Shown: positions 1-12,305, numbered from the whole stretch's first letter. The stretch: 63,110 nt of DNA, filler included, from Octopus bimaculoides (GCF_001194135.2; 4 parts of 4 records of this genome joined end to end with filler, not necessarily neighbours in it); one strand, 5' to 3'. The notes: generated by a model not told the origin, from the sequence alone. Made by a program: numbers and translations.

Positions 1-303
1 TATAGAAATGTAGTTTACAGCATAAAATGCATGGAAGGTGCTTGTAAAGACCTGAATATGACATACATAGGGAAAACATCTAGGAGCATTGCGGAACGAC
101 TAAATGAACATCTGAGACAATATGACGACAAAAAACAGTCCTCCATACTCTACCAACATGCCAAAGACCAGCATGGAGGCAACTTGGGTCAACTTGACAT
201 CCGCATCTTATCCAAGCACCCAAAAGACCCAACTCTAAGACAAATACGGGAGTATGTCCTTATAAATGAAACTTCCCCAATACTAAATAGGAAATATACA
301 TAG
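1..303 (+). mobile_element. Penelope-like element, GIY-YIG endonuclease C-terminus (cut by window start)
   Basis: Frame 1 is open from base 1: YRNVVYSIKCMEGAC...TYIGKTSRSIAERLNEH...LYQH...RQIREYVLINETSPILN*. This is the VVY-C-C-YIGxT-R-EH pattern of Penelope EN. Confidence 0.88.
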
Positions 304-339
304 ATACCCCCATACCCACATTTTACACAGGTAGAGTAG

Positions 340-1008
340 AACAGTTAATAGGCTTTTATGCAGATAGATGTATGTATGTCTGTGTGTGTGGGTGTATGTG
401 TGTGTGTGTGCATGCACATGTATGTATATGTAAACAAACAGGTCTACATACAGACGGGTAGGTACATAAGGTATATGAACAGACAACCACATACGAAAAT
501 AGAGACTGAAACACATGATCACATATACACACACTTTACTTCACACAAAGACACATGTCTACACATATGGAGATGTGCACCCATACATACAAACATGGTA
601 TATAGCAGCAAAACACACACACACGCACACACAAGGAGACAGAGGTACATACATACATATACACACATGCAAATGCACACACATACATATATGCATACAC
701 ACATATACATACATATACACACACAGACATACATACACACACATACATGCATGCATACATACACACACATACGCAAAAACAAACAAAAGCAAAAAAGAAT
801 GCAGCGTAAACAACGGACAGTCAAGACTATTGATAAGGTTGCAAGACGCAACAAAAATTTTAGGAAAATAAAAATGAAAATAAGTGGAAATTTTACCGGT
901 GAGTGTGTTAAATTTTAAGGCACAATAAGAAAATGACTCTCCCCAGACACAACAGAATATGCTTCAACACACGAAATCACATAAAAAATCTTGCAAACCA
1001 AATCCAAA

Positions 1009-1077
<69 letters not shown>

Positions 1078-1110
1078 CATATATATAAATATATATATAC
1101 AACATATATA
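340..1110. repeat. Compound (GT)/(CA)/(CATA) microsatellite and a (TA)n tract at ~1014-1072
   Basis: Direct inspection. Confidence 0.95.
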
Positions 1111-1177
1111 CAGCATGACCGCAGCCGCTTGGCTGAAACACATAAATAAAAATATACATGTGTATATATAAATATAC

Positions 1178-4100
1178 CATTATCATCATCGTTTAACATC
1201 AATTTTCCATGCTGGGATTGGTTGGACGGTTCGACTGGGGTCTGAGAAGCCAGGAGGCTGCACTAGGCTCCAATCTAATCTGGCAGTGTTTTTACAGCTG
1301 GATGCCCTTCCTAGTGCCAACAACTCTGAGACTGTAGTGGGTGCTTTTTATGTGCCACCGGCACAGGGGCCAGAGGGAGCTAGCATTGACCATGTTTAGA
1401 TGGTGCTTTTTACGTGCCACTGGCATTGGCAACGTTCAGATTGTGCTTTTTACAGGTCACTGGCATAGGAGCCAGTTGGGGTGAAGGGGCTGGCATCGAC
1501 CATGTTCGGATGGTGCTTTTTACATGCCAGTCAGCATGATTTGAGTTTGATGTACTTGACGCAATAGGTCTCCTCAAAAGGTTCTGTTTTGAGTGGGCTG
1601 GTTATGCAACACTTCTGTAGGCTACAGCTGTGATCTCACTTTATTTGCTGGGTCATCTCAGTCAAGGCATATCTCCAGAGGTCTTGGTTTTTCATCATTG
1701 CCTCTGTGAAGCCCACCGTTCAAAGGTCATGCTCCACCACCTCATCCCGTGTCTTCTGGGTCTCCCTCTACCATGGATTCCTTCCACTATTTGGGAGTGG
1801 CACTTCTTCACGCACCTCTCCTCATCCATCCGTAGTACATGACCATACCAGCGCAGACGTCCCTCTTGCACATCACATCTGATGTTCCTTATGTCCAACA
1901 TTTCTCTCAGGGCGCTTACACTCTGTCATGTGTGCACACTGACATTACATATCCACCGTATTATGCTAGCTTCATTTCTTTCGAGCCTATGCATGTCTTC
2001 AGCAGTCATGGTCCATGTTTCACTGCCATAAAGCATGGTAGTTTGCACACATGCATTGTACAATCTACCTTTCACTCTGAGTGAGAGGCCCTTTGTCACC
2101 AGTAGGGGTAGAAGTTTCCTGAACTTTGTCCAGGCTATTCTTATTCTAGTGGTAATGCTCTCTGAGCATCTACCCTCACTACAGACTTGGTCACCTAGGT
2201 AGCAGAAGCTATCAACTACTTCTAGTTTCTCCCCCTGGCATGTGATAGAATCTGTTTTCTGAGCATCTGTGGTGTTTATTGCCCCTGTGCATCTTCTGCA
2301 CACGGAAGCTATCTTTCCGGTTAATCTTCCTTTGATGTTGCTGCACCTCTTAAGCATTCACAGTTTACACTGGGTACGTCTTATGGAGTTTCTACCTACA
2401 CCTTTTCAACAGATCTAGCAGGGCCATCTACCTGAAGGGGTTTGTGATATGTTCGCCTTCCTACTTACTAGGACTTTGATCTTTGCAACATTGACACTAA
2501 GACCCTTCAATTCTAAACCTTGCTTACACACCCGAAATTTCTTCTCTAGTTCTGGTAGTGATTCTGCTATGAGGGCCAGGTCATCGGCATAGAGCAGCTC
2601 CCATTGGCAACCTGTCTTGAGTTCCTCTGTTATTGCCTGGAGGACTATGATGAATAAGAGGTGGCTATGGGCTGATCCTTGGTGGGCTCCTACATCTAAC
2701 ACAAATTCTTCACTATACTCATTGCCAATCCTTACCTTACTAAGAGCATCTCTGTATAGGGCCTGTACAGCCCTTCTCCCATTCATTCTCTACATTCAGC
2801 AGTCTTTCATAATGGCTTCTCCAAGCCTCTTTCTTTTCAGAATCATTAAAAGCAAGTGCACCATCATCCATGGGGACACATTTCTCTCCTGTAACATCAC
2901 AATTTTTGCTCACACATTGTCTTGCAATCCAAAATACTGCAGTTCTTTGGTCCTCATGTTGCTGAACATTGGCAAACTTCTTCTTTTCTACTTCTTCCTT
3001 GGCGATGTATACCTGTTGCCCAGCCTCCCTTCTGGCTGTCTGGTACAGTTCCTGCTACTCCCACTCTTTCAGGATTTCCAGGCCTGTTTCTTTACATTAA
3101 TTGCTTTGTTTACGGTGAAACATGTCACCACCATGTTACTCTAGGTCTGGAAGGGACTTTGCACCATCTACAGACTTGGTCTGTGGAACTCAGTAAGCTG
3201 TCCTGTAGGAATTTCCAGCTACCTTTTATGTCTGATGTCTGTAGCTCCTCCTCCCTCTCATCAAATTTCTTGATGAGGATGTCCCTAAATCTCTGACCAT
3301 GTGAAGGGTTCTTTAGCTTTTTTTGGATTGGTTTGCTTCTTGGTATCCTTCTGGTCTTGAGTCTAAAGTCACTAATGACTAGTCTGTGCTGGGGAGTACA
3401 TTCTTCACCCAGGAGGGTCTTTGTATTTAAGAGCAACCCTGCATCCTGCTGTCTGGTGATGATGAAATCAATCTGACTAGCAGATTCACCTGATTGATAG
3501 GTTATCAGGTGGCTGTCTGGCTTCCTGAAGTTAGTGCTGCAGATTAAAAGGTTACATGCATTGTGATGCATGTAACCTTTTAATCTGCAACACTAACTGA
3601 ATGTTTGAATGATGTCAGGTCAGAAGTGAGAACACGAACACGAAAATCTCCTCCTTTTCAGGTGCTGAATAACATCTCCCCTCCCCAAGCATGGTTACCC
3701 CTTCATTTCGGGAACCAATACCATGGCCCCCGTGTACACCAGTGAAGATGCTGGATTGCCATCCAACATGCCCATTAAAATCTCTAGAAGCAAAGATGAG
3801 GTCATTGCCACTTTGAGGTAGGCTGTAGGAGGATATCATAAAAATGGTCCTTCTGATCATTTGGTAGGCCTGCTTGTGAGGCATAGGCAGAGATAATTAT
3901 AGCTATACTGTTCTGCAGGACTAGCCTGAGCTTAAGCACTCTATTGCATACCCTAACAATTTCTATGACTTTATCCACCCATTTTTCCGCAAGGAGTATG
4001 CCTACACCACCTTCTCCATCCGTGTTACCTTGCCAGAAGATTTTATACCTATGTGCCTCGCCTGTGAGGACCCTGGCTGAAGCTCCTTTCCATCTTACCT

Positions 4101-4340
4101 CTTGTATGCAGCATACATCAACACGTCTCCTTTCAAGCATCTCTATAATCTCACTAGACCTACCTTTCAGTGTGCCTACATTGACAGTGCCAACTCTGAA
4201 AACTGGGAAAGGAATGTGGGGTGATGCTTGAGGAGAGGAGATGTTATTCAGCACCTGAAAAGAAGATTTTCATGTTCATTTGTTAGACATGCTTCACCTG
4301 TTCTCACTTCTGACCTGACATCATTCAAACATTCAAGCAT
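1178..4340 (-). mobile_element. RTE-clade LINE, decayed, near full length (APE + RT + 3'UTR with (GAT)n tail)
   Basis: APE N-terminus RVGTVNVGTLKG..DVCCIQEVRW (3802-4254); APE C-terminus SQIDFI (3125-3571); RT HQGS and LLYADDL (2415-2786); SFCYLG..MLYGSETW (1926-2357); RLRWYGHVLRM..GRPR (1695-1901); tail gttaaacgatgatgat at ~1180-1195. Many stops and frameshifts. Confidence 0.93.
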
Positions 4341-4487
4341 GTTAAGACTGTTGCCCCTACTGGGGGTAGGAGTAGGTGTTAGAGGCGTTGTAAGTATAAG
4401 CACTATGGACATAGTAAAAATGTAAATTTAAGCATTACTGGTGTTGCAAATATGAGTATTCCAATGTTAGATTAATTAGGGTGTCAG

Positions 4488-4862
4488 CTAAACTAGTTGC
4501 ATTTGTCCAGTGAGAGGAGATTGCAGGTATGATAGAGGGTACCACCAGTGAGGGAGGGGGGTTGGACAGAGAAAGATAGGAAAGAAGCTCGTCCATACAT
4601 ACACACGTGCACGCACACACGCACACACACCCAGACAAGAACAAGCATTCACATACAGCCCATTAGCTTTCTCTTTCATTTGATATGCTCATGGAAAATT
4701 AATGGGTAGTTGTTGACAAATTTCTAGATAAAATGAAATGAAAGATAGCCGGTTAAGTAGGTAGGTAGCTAAACTAGTTGCATTTATCCCAGGAGAGAGA
4801 GACTGCAGGTAATATAGAGAACAGCACTAGTGAGGGAGGGGTTGAGAGACAAAATATCTGGT
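4488..4862. repeat. Two diverged ~90-bp direct repeats upstream of the RTE (possibly its 5'UTR)
   Basis: ctaaactagttgcattt..tgcaggta..agtgagggagggg at ~4488-4580 and ~4769-4860. Confidence 0.7.
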
Positions 4863-5094
4863 AATGGTGGTGGGAAGAGAGAGATATCCGGTGTAGGTGG
4901 TGGGAGTAGAGATAGAGATATCCAGCACTGGTGGTGGGGGCAAGAAAGGGTGGGTGCACCGTGAACAAGCAAGGTTTAATTTGGGTAGATGGTATGAGCT
5001 TAGCAAAATTCCATGAAGAATTTAGGAGGAATGAAGAGAGAGATATTACGAAGTTAAATTGGCTTACAAAACTAGCTATTGGTAAATAATATTC

Positions 5095-5130
<36 letters not shown>

Positions 5131-5519
5131 NNNNNNNNNNNNNNNNNNNNNNNNNNNNNNNNNNNNNNNNNNNNNNNNNNNNNNNNNNNNNNNNNNNNNN
5201 NNNNNNNNNNNNNNNNNNNNNNNNNNNNNNNNNNNNNNNNNNNNNNNNNNNNNNNNNNNNNNNNNNNNNNNNNNNNNNNNNNNNNNNNNNNNNNNNNNNN
5301 NNNNNNNNNNNNNNNNNNCTTTATATTTAAGATTCACTTCTTTAAAAAGGTTCCTCAATGTCAACTTCCGGTATTGACATAACAACGGCAAAAAAGCTTC
5401 ACTCTCTATTTTGTGTGTGAGTGTGTGTGTTCGTGTGTATGAGAGAGAGAGAGAGAGCGAGAGTAAATACTACATACACACCGCTCTCTCAGTCTCACAC
5501 ACATACACACCCCTTGACT

Positions 5520-6091
5520 CACTCACACTCTGTCTCTTACAAACACACACATACATAAATGTATACAAACATATTTACAAAGACACACGTGTGTATGCGC
5601 GCGCGTGGGGGGTNNNNNNNNNNAGTCAAGGGCTGTGTTGTCATATGCATACATCCAAAGATGTATGTATATTTATGCATGTACGTATACATGACAACAA
5701 ACCTCTCTCTCTCACTCACACTCTGTCTCTTACAAACACACACATACATAAATGTATACAAACATATTTACAAAGACACACGTGTGTATGCGCGCGCGTG
5801 GGGGGTTCCACAATCGCCATTTTATTTCAATTACTCTTGTGAGGATATTCACGTAAATCATTTTTTTCATTTAATCCCCATTTTAATTTTCGTAAAAGTT
5901 TCCAAGTACCAATGAGGCTTTTTGGCACATCTTCAATTTTCCCCATTCATGAGAGGCGCCCAGCCATCATTCATCTGAGAGTCCATCTACAGAATGTCCT
6001 CTCAAATTTCTATACAGCATATTTTGCCTTTTTTTCTTCAAGTATATAAGCAACAATTTCATTCCCAAGCAACGCCAGGTGCCTCTGCTAG
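5520..6091 (+). mobile_element. Non-autonomous Helitron, 3' part (5' end not seen; may lie in the gap)
   Basis: Ends cccaagcaacgccagg (decayed hairpin) + tgcctctg + CTAG (6088-6091)|T. Nearly identical to 43640-44235. Confidence 0.8.
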
Positions 6092-6101
6092 TATATTAAT
6101 A

Positions 6102-7230
6102 TATTAGGTCATCAAGTATGAGATTTGTAGTAAGGTATATGGTAAACTTTGACAGCTGCTCATTTTGCGCTTTATAAAATATTTATAAATTGTTTTTTAG
6201 TATTTTTGTTTAGTGATAGATAAGTCGGAAATTTACATAGTTTTGAAATATGAGTTCTTTCTTGGAAATACAGTATCACAGACAGCTTGGAATATTAATA
6301 GAGTATTTCATTCTAATGTTAGTACACGGCAGACAGTATCAAATTGGTTTGCAAAATTTTGTTCTGATAACTTTGACTTCACAAATGAGCAACGTGTTTG
6401 ACCAGAAACAAAGGTGGATAATGACGAACTGAAAACCACCATCGAGTCAGATCTATCTCAAAGTGCCTGTGAATTATTGTTGCTGTTTGGTGTTAGCAGG
6501 CAAACAATATTGACTCACCTAGTTCAAATTGGTAAAGTGTAAAAGTTGGATAAGTGGGTTCCACATGAACTTAATGAAAATCAGAAACAGTAACATCTGG
6601 AGGCCTGCATTATGCTACTTTCTCGTCACAAAAATGAATCATTTTTGAATTGAATGTGATGAGAAATGGATCTAATGCAACAATCGTAAACATTCAGCAC
6701 AATGGTTGGACAAAGAAGAGCCACCATAACACAGTCCAAAAAGAAAAATCCATCAAAAGAAGCTGATGGTGTGTTTGATGGTCTGGCGCAGGTGGGATCC
6801 ATTATGATTTCATTAAACCTGGCTCATGCAGCCAACTGGACCAAATGATGCAGAAAATTACAAAAAAAAACCAGCCTAGATTAGTCAAGAGATCCACTCC
6901 TATTTTATTGCTGCAAGACAACGCCAGACCACACATTGCAAAAATGACATTGGCGAAACTACACGTGTCTGAGTTGGAAATTCTCCATCATCCACCAGAC
7001 TCACCTGATCTTGTCCCCACTGACTACTACTTCTAGAATTTGGATAACTTTTTGATAGAAAAAAAAATTAATTTCAACGATGCTGTAAAACAAGCCTTCC
7101 AAGATTTTATTGACTCTAGGTAGCCAGGTTTTTACAGTTCTGGGCTGGACAAGCTACTGCTGAAATATCAAAAGTGTATTGACAATATTGGTGCATACTT
7201 TGATGAATAAAACTATTCCTTGTATTTATA
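6102..7230 (+). mobile_element. Mariner (DD34D) element, decayed transposase, right TIR missing
   Basis: TA|TTAGGTC left end; (M)DKSEI..KYEF HTH; KWVPHEL; CDEKW; LQDNARPH; SPDLVPTDY with 34 residues between D2 and D3; GAYFDE* ends at 7210. Confidence 0.92.
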
Positions 7231-7235
7231 CAACA

Positions 7236-7288
7236 CTAGCAGAGATACCCGGCATTGCTCGGAGTTAAAATGGTATAGTTTTTTTATT
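7236..7288 (-). mobile_element. Helitron 3' terminus fragment
   Basis: Minus strand reads ctccgagcaatgccgggtatctctgCTAG|T, the same hairpin and CTAG end as 6091 and 44235. Confidence 0.7.
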
Positions 7289-7475
7289 GTTTTACTTGTT
7301 TTGGTCATGTGACTGCGGCCATGCTGGAGCACTGCTTTTAGTCAAAGAAATTGACCCCAGGATTTATTCTTTGTAAGCCTAGTACTTATTCTATCAGCTA
7401 AGTTACAGGGACGTAAACACAGCAACATCGGTTGTCAAGCGATGGTGGGGTATAAACAGACACACACACACACAT
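7289..7475 (-). mobile_element. tRNA-derived SINE, 3' body fragment
   Basis: gactgcggccatgctggagcac...gttgtcaagcgatgg, homologous to 37270-37647, 40345-40760 and 61500-61851. Confidence 0.8.
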
Positions 7476-7624
7476 ATATATATACGTATTTCTACATACA
7501 TACATACATATACATATATATATGTATGTATGTCTCCACTGTCCTGTTTTCGCTCTGAAGTTTGACCCTCTACAAATCCAAAATTTCAGTCTGGAAATTA
7601 TGGGAACAACTGTCTTCAAAGACT

Positions 7625-7810
7625 CATATTGTCGTTGAATGTTCGAAATGAAGAGTAGATAGACAGCCAACAACTCATGAAGGGTTGTTCTCTGTGTTAC
7701 TTGTCCTGTTTTCCATTTTTTCTCTCGTTGTTGGCATATTTAACTCGTTTGTTTACGTACTTCATGTTGTTTGCACAGTTGATGATATCCTGTACCCATA
7801 TATGCATATA
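7625..7810 (-). repeat. Dispersed unclassified repeat (second copy at 60195-60360, + strand)
   Basis: gcatatatgg(g/a)tacagg..gagttaaata..aaatggaaa..caggacaagta..ggctgtctatctactc(t/c)tcatttc is shared. Confidence 0.75.
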
Positions 7811-8062
7811 TATATAAAATTAATCAAAACACATACTAAGTATGTCTACCTACTTGAAATAACAGTCAAAACTCGTAATTATAATGAGTTTCAACTGTTA
7901 TTTCAAGCAGGTAGACATACTTAGTATGTCCTTTGATTAATTTTAATCCCTCGGCTATTTAATGCTATTTTTGGCCTGCTGTCGCCTGTGTCATTAATTC
8001 TGTTATTATCATTCTTAAAATAGTTACATTGGATAATAATAGAATTAATGACACCTTCGTAA

Positions 8063-8093
<31 letters not shown>

Positions 8094-8232
8094 CTGTAAT
8101 ATAATATGTGACAATTAGTCGGTTGCCATAATAAGACTCCGAGTTTCGGATGTTGGGGTGGAAAACTACTCCAGCATCTTGTCAGTTATTGAAGCAATCA
8201 AAAAATGCTACAGATAAATTCCTCTATTTACA

Positions 8233-8332
8233 NNNNNNNNNNNNNNNNNNNNNNNNNNNNNNNNNNNNNNNNNNNNTTAATTAATTAANNNNNNNNNNNN
8301 NNNNNNNNNNNNNNNNNNNNNNNNNNNNNNNN
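8233..8332. other. Artificial scaffolding spacer N44-TTAATTAATTAA-N44
   Basis: Exactly 100 bp; identical at 14982-15081 and 38570-38669. Confidence 0.95.
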
Positions 8333-8530
8333 CTGCCACTGGACCAAAGCATTTCTTCCTGTTTGTAACTCTATTTTAGAAGCTTTGTTCTCACCAACCA
8401 GAATTGTCTGTTGTTGGCATCATCAGAATTTAGAAACTTTTTATAACACAAAATTTACACGTTATCGTTTATAACGTTATCTACTTCGAGCTCTACAGTC
8501 AAAAACGAATTACTTCACGTCTCTAGTAAA

Positions 8531-8561
<31 letters not shown>

Positions 8562-9552
8562 TGACACCAGAATGATGTCTGTTGAAAATAACCCTGGTAT
8601 CTGCAGCGGGTCAAGCAATTACATAATGATCGCCTATCCCTCCACGTCGCTAGCTTGCCCCAGTTGGTCAAGTCTTTGATCAAATGCATTCCGATCGTGA
8701 TCATCCCATCTTTCTCCTGCCCCTTTTTCGTGTCTCTTGTATTTAGGGATGACATTATTTTATGGGTTGCTCTCAATATTTTTTCTTTAAAAAAAAACAC
8801 CACAGTGTGAGAGGGAGGAGTTTTAGCTGTTATTTCTTGACAGATCAAGCAATTACCTTTCAATAGCACGGCCCCTCAGGTCAACCACGATTCCAATATA
8901 TAATCTATGAAATCCATGATCAAAGACAATCTAACCGTAACTAACTCATCTTATTTCATGAATAATAAATATATTAGGAACTATATTTTCTAACGAACCC
9001 GTCTCCCCTATACATATACATACGCACACTATATATATATATATATATATNNNNNNNNNNNNNNNNNNNNNNNNNNNNNNNNNNNNNNNNNNNNNNNNNN
9101 NNNNNNNNNNNNNNNNNNNNNNNNNNNNNNNNNNNNNNNNNNNNNNNNNNNNNNNNNNNNNNNNNNNNNNNNNNNNNNNNNNNNNNNNNNNNNNNNNNNN
9201 NNNNNNNNNNNNNNNNNNNNNNNNNNNNNNNNNNNNNNNNNNNNNNNNNNNNNNNNNNNNNNNCCGATCTTTCGTTGGACATGGTCTGATTGCTATATGC
9301 TTATATATTTGCACGGTAAATAGACTACACAAGAACGGCGGGAACTATAGATAGACGGTGGTGCCGCGAGTGGTAGGGTTGGTACTAGAGTCCGATAGGA
9401 TCTTTCTCCGACCCATCCATCCTTAAACTGAGGGAAGGATAACAATAGATTTGCTCGTTAGATTGTTTGTTTGTTTACCGGTTGGTTGGTTGGTTGGTGC
9501 GACCAGCATGTATATGTGTATAGGGATATAGGGATATATATTTGTGTATATG

Positions 9553-9587
<35 letters not shown>

Positions 9588-9775
9588 ATGTGTCTGTTAT
9601 TGGATTGTATGTGTCTGTTATTCTCTATTTTTTAGGTAAATGTATTTGTATATATGGGTTTATCTTTATAAATATATGTAGTTATATGTATTTATGTATA
9701 ACTATGTGCATCAACATAAATGTATGTGTGTATGCGCATGCGTGTAGCCTAATTGTGTTTATCTGCATCACTGTT

Positions 9776-9824
<49 letters not shown>

Positions 9825-10427
9825 ATGTGTGCGCGTGTGTGTGTGTGTGTGTGCATATATATATATAGAGAGAGAGAGAGAAAGAGACGCGTGTTTCTAT
9901 TATGTGACTGGGTATATGTGTATGTTACGTATCACTTGTCTATGTATGTATATGACAAGCGATATGCTTAGTAAATATAACGTTCAATTGACTCCCCCTT
10001 TTTTCCCGCCACACATCCTCCCACTGCTACCCTTTGTTGCCTTCCCAAACACCGTGACACGCGAGTTCGATCTCTAACGGGATCCACTTTCGCCTTCAAC
10101 CTTTCACATTTTATTCTTTGTTTCGATTTTTTCTTATATTCTTTTGTGTTTCTGTGTACGTGTGTATATGTCTCGTATGGTGCATTGTATTTTATATATA
10201 TCCTTATGTGTGTTGTTCTATATTTGTGTGAGTTGTATTGTGTGTGTTGTATTGTGTGTCTGCATATACGTTGTATTGTGTATGTCTATGTGTGTATGTC
10301 TATGTGTGTATGTCTATGTGTGTATTCATTGTTTCTTTGTGTTTCTTTTTGTCTTTCAATATTTGTTACCATCTTTTGTCGGAAAAAAAATCAATCGATA
10401 AGAAATTATCACAATAAGTAGGATACT

Positions 10428-10444
10428 ATAATAATAATAATAAT

Positions 10445-10501
<57 letters not shown>

Positions 10502-10530
10502 AACAACAATAACAAAATAATAATGATAAT
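10428..10530. repeat. (AAT)n/(AAC)n microsatellite
   Basis: Direct inspection. Confidence 0.95.
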
Positions 10531-10544
10531 AATTTTTTCTACTA

Positions 10545-10746
10545 TAGGCACAAGGCCTGAAATTGTGGGGAGGGGGCTAGTCGTTTACATTGACCCCAGT
10601 ACCCAACTGGTACTTATTTCATCGACCCCGAAAGGATGGTAGGCAAAGTCGACCTCGGCGGAATTTGAACTCGGAAAGTAACGACGGGCGAAATACCGCT
10701 AAGCATTTCGTCCAGCGTGCTAACGATTTTTTTCCAGCTCGCTGCC

Positions 10747-10748
<2 letters not shown>
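10545..10748 (-). mobile_element. tRNA-derived CORE-type SINE
   Basis: Minus strand: aatcgttagcacg..gagttcaaattccgccgaggtcgactttgcc..catcctttcggggtcgat; homologous to 52511-52712. Confidence 0.82.
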
Positions 10749-10844
<96 letters not shown>

Positions 10845-10867
10845 AAGAAGAAGAAGAAGAAGAAGAA
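10749..10867. repeat. (AAT)n followed by (AAG)n
   Basis: Direct inspection. Confidence 0.95.
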
Positions 10868-10869
10868 TG

Positions 10870-11450
10870 ATAGTGTCAGCATGATCAGTTAGCGAAAGTG
10901 CTACATTGGAAACTGTGCGAAAGGTGGGGAGCTAGAGAGAGGCGAGACGTTGTATGAGCACAAACCACAGAGTGTGGCGGAGTCGGAGACAAGCACAATC
11001 CTCTGGGATTTCCCAATCCAAACAGATCAGGTGCTAGAGCATAACAGACCGGACCCAGTGGTGGTGGGCAAGGTGCACCACGTATGCTATGTATTTGATG
11101 TTGCATGGCCCTTTGACCCACGAATAGTCAAGAAGGAAGGCGAAAAGATCGATACAATTCTCTTAAGTACGAAACAGCCTGGCTATGGAAAATGAAGGAA
11201 GTGAAGATGGAACCAATTATTGCCGGGTCCTTGAGAACGGTATCAGAAGGCATCAAGAGGAATATAAAGGAAATTGGAATAGAGTGCCCAGTAGAACTGT
11301 TACAAAAGGTTTGCCTCCTTGGCACGGCCAGAATAATCAGAAAAGTATTAGGTAGCTGAAAAGAACGAATAGTATAATACGTAGGCTGCAGGTAGCAAAC
11401 CCGCTACTCATGCAAGACTTCAGGAGCTCCAACAAAACCTATGTTAAAGA
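10870..11450 (+). mobile_element. R4/Dong-type non-LTR retrotransposon 3' end (restriction-like endonuclease)
   Basis: HDQLAKVLHWKLC..LWDFPIQTD..HNRPD..FDVAWPFD..KEGEKI..LQKVCLLGTARIIRKVL*; flanked by AAT-type tracts. Confidence 0.88.
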
Positions 11451-11495
11451 GAAATAATAATAACAATCATAACAATGATAATAATAATTAGTATA

Positions 11496-11966
11496 ATAAA
11501 AGATGGGCTACAGTAAATATTCTGCTTAATACCACAGATTTGCTTGTCTGTTGCTTGACCTTAACCAGTTGAGCATGTCCCTTAGTGGCTGACGATATGT
11601 GCATCTCTGATCACGAGCAGAAGTAGTGGGGGGAGCGTCATAGCCATGTGTCGAGAGGAATTCTTTGGGGTTTGAATAATTCACATTTTAGAAACATGGG
11701 AGTCTTACTCAACATCCTTAAACAGACCTTATTCAGGGACCTTTTGAGTGGGATGGGCTACTCGACCTGAAGAAAATTCTGACTGGGCTCCACCTGCAAA
11801 ATCATGTGCTGTTTAGCTTCACATGAGATCACCATGTCACACTCATATGGTTGTGATGCATGTGCCTGGTGTACCCTTATCAGACGGGTAGTCATGACGG
11901 GTATACTGCGCTTCATATATTTGTACCCCAGTGTTATTTTGATGGCAAGCACTGCTCTCTCATTCA
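11496..11966 (+). mobile_element. Non-coding dispersed element ending in (AAT)n ('element X', 5'-truncated copy)
   Basis: Homologous to 16231-16710 (aaccagttgagcatgt..tggctgacgatat..tctgatcacgagca..ggtgtacccttat); no ORF. Confidence 0.8.
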
Positions 11967-12235
11967 ATAATAATAATAATAATAATAATAACAATATGAC
12001 GATGAGGATTTGTCCCCCTCATCCTTCGCCTTGGCAAATAAAGGAAATTATTATTTTTGTTGTTGTTTCTGATTTAGGCACAAGGCCAGCAAAACTCGAA
12101 GGGATTGAGGGAACGAGCAAAGGGGTTTAATCGACACCATCGATCTGTTTGCTAATTGTTGCTAATTAAGGTTTTATTTACGTTTTCAACCACTAATAAT
12201 TCGAGCAATAAACAACAACAACGAAACCGGCAGAA

Positions 12236-12305
12236 AGTAGTAGTGGTAGTAGTAGTAGTAGTAGTAGTAGAGTAGTAGTAGTAGTAGTAGTAGTAATAGT
12301 AGTAG
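12236..12305. repeat. (AGT)n microsatellite
   Basis: Direct inspection. Confidence 0.95.

Noticed and set aside
8277-8288. TTAATTAATTAA as a biological motif
   Set aside because: Centred in an exact 100-bp N spacer three times; an assembly artefact
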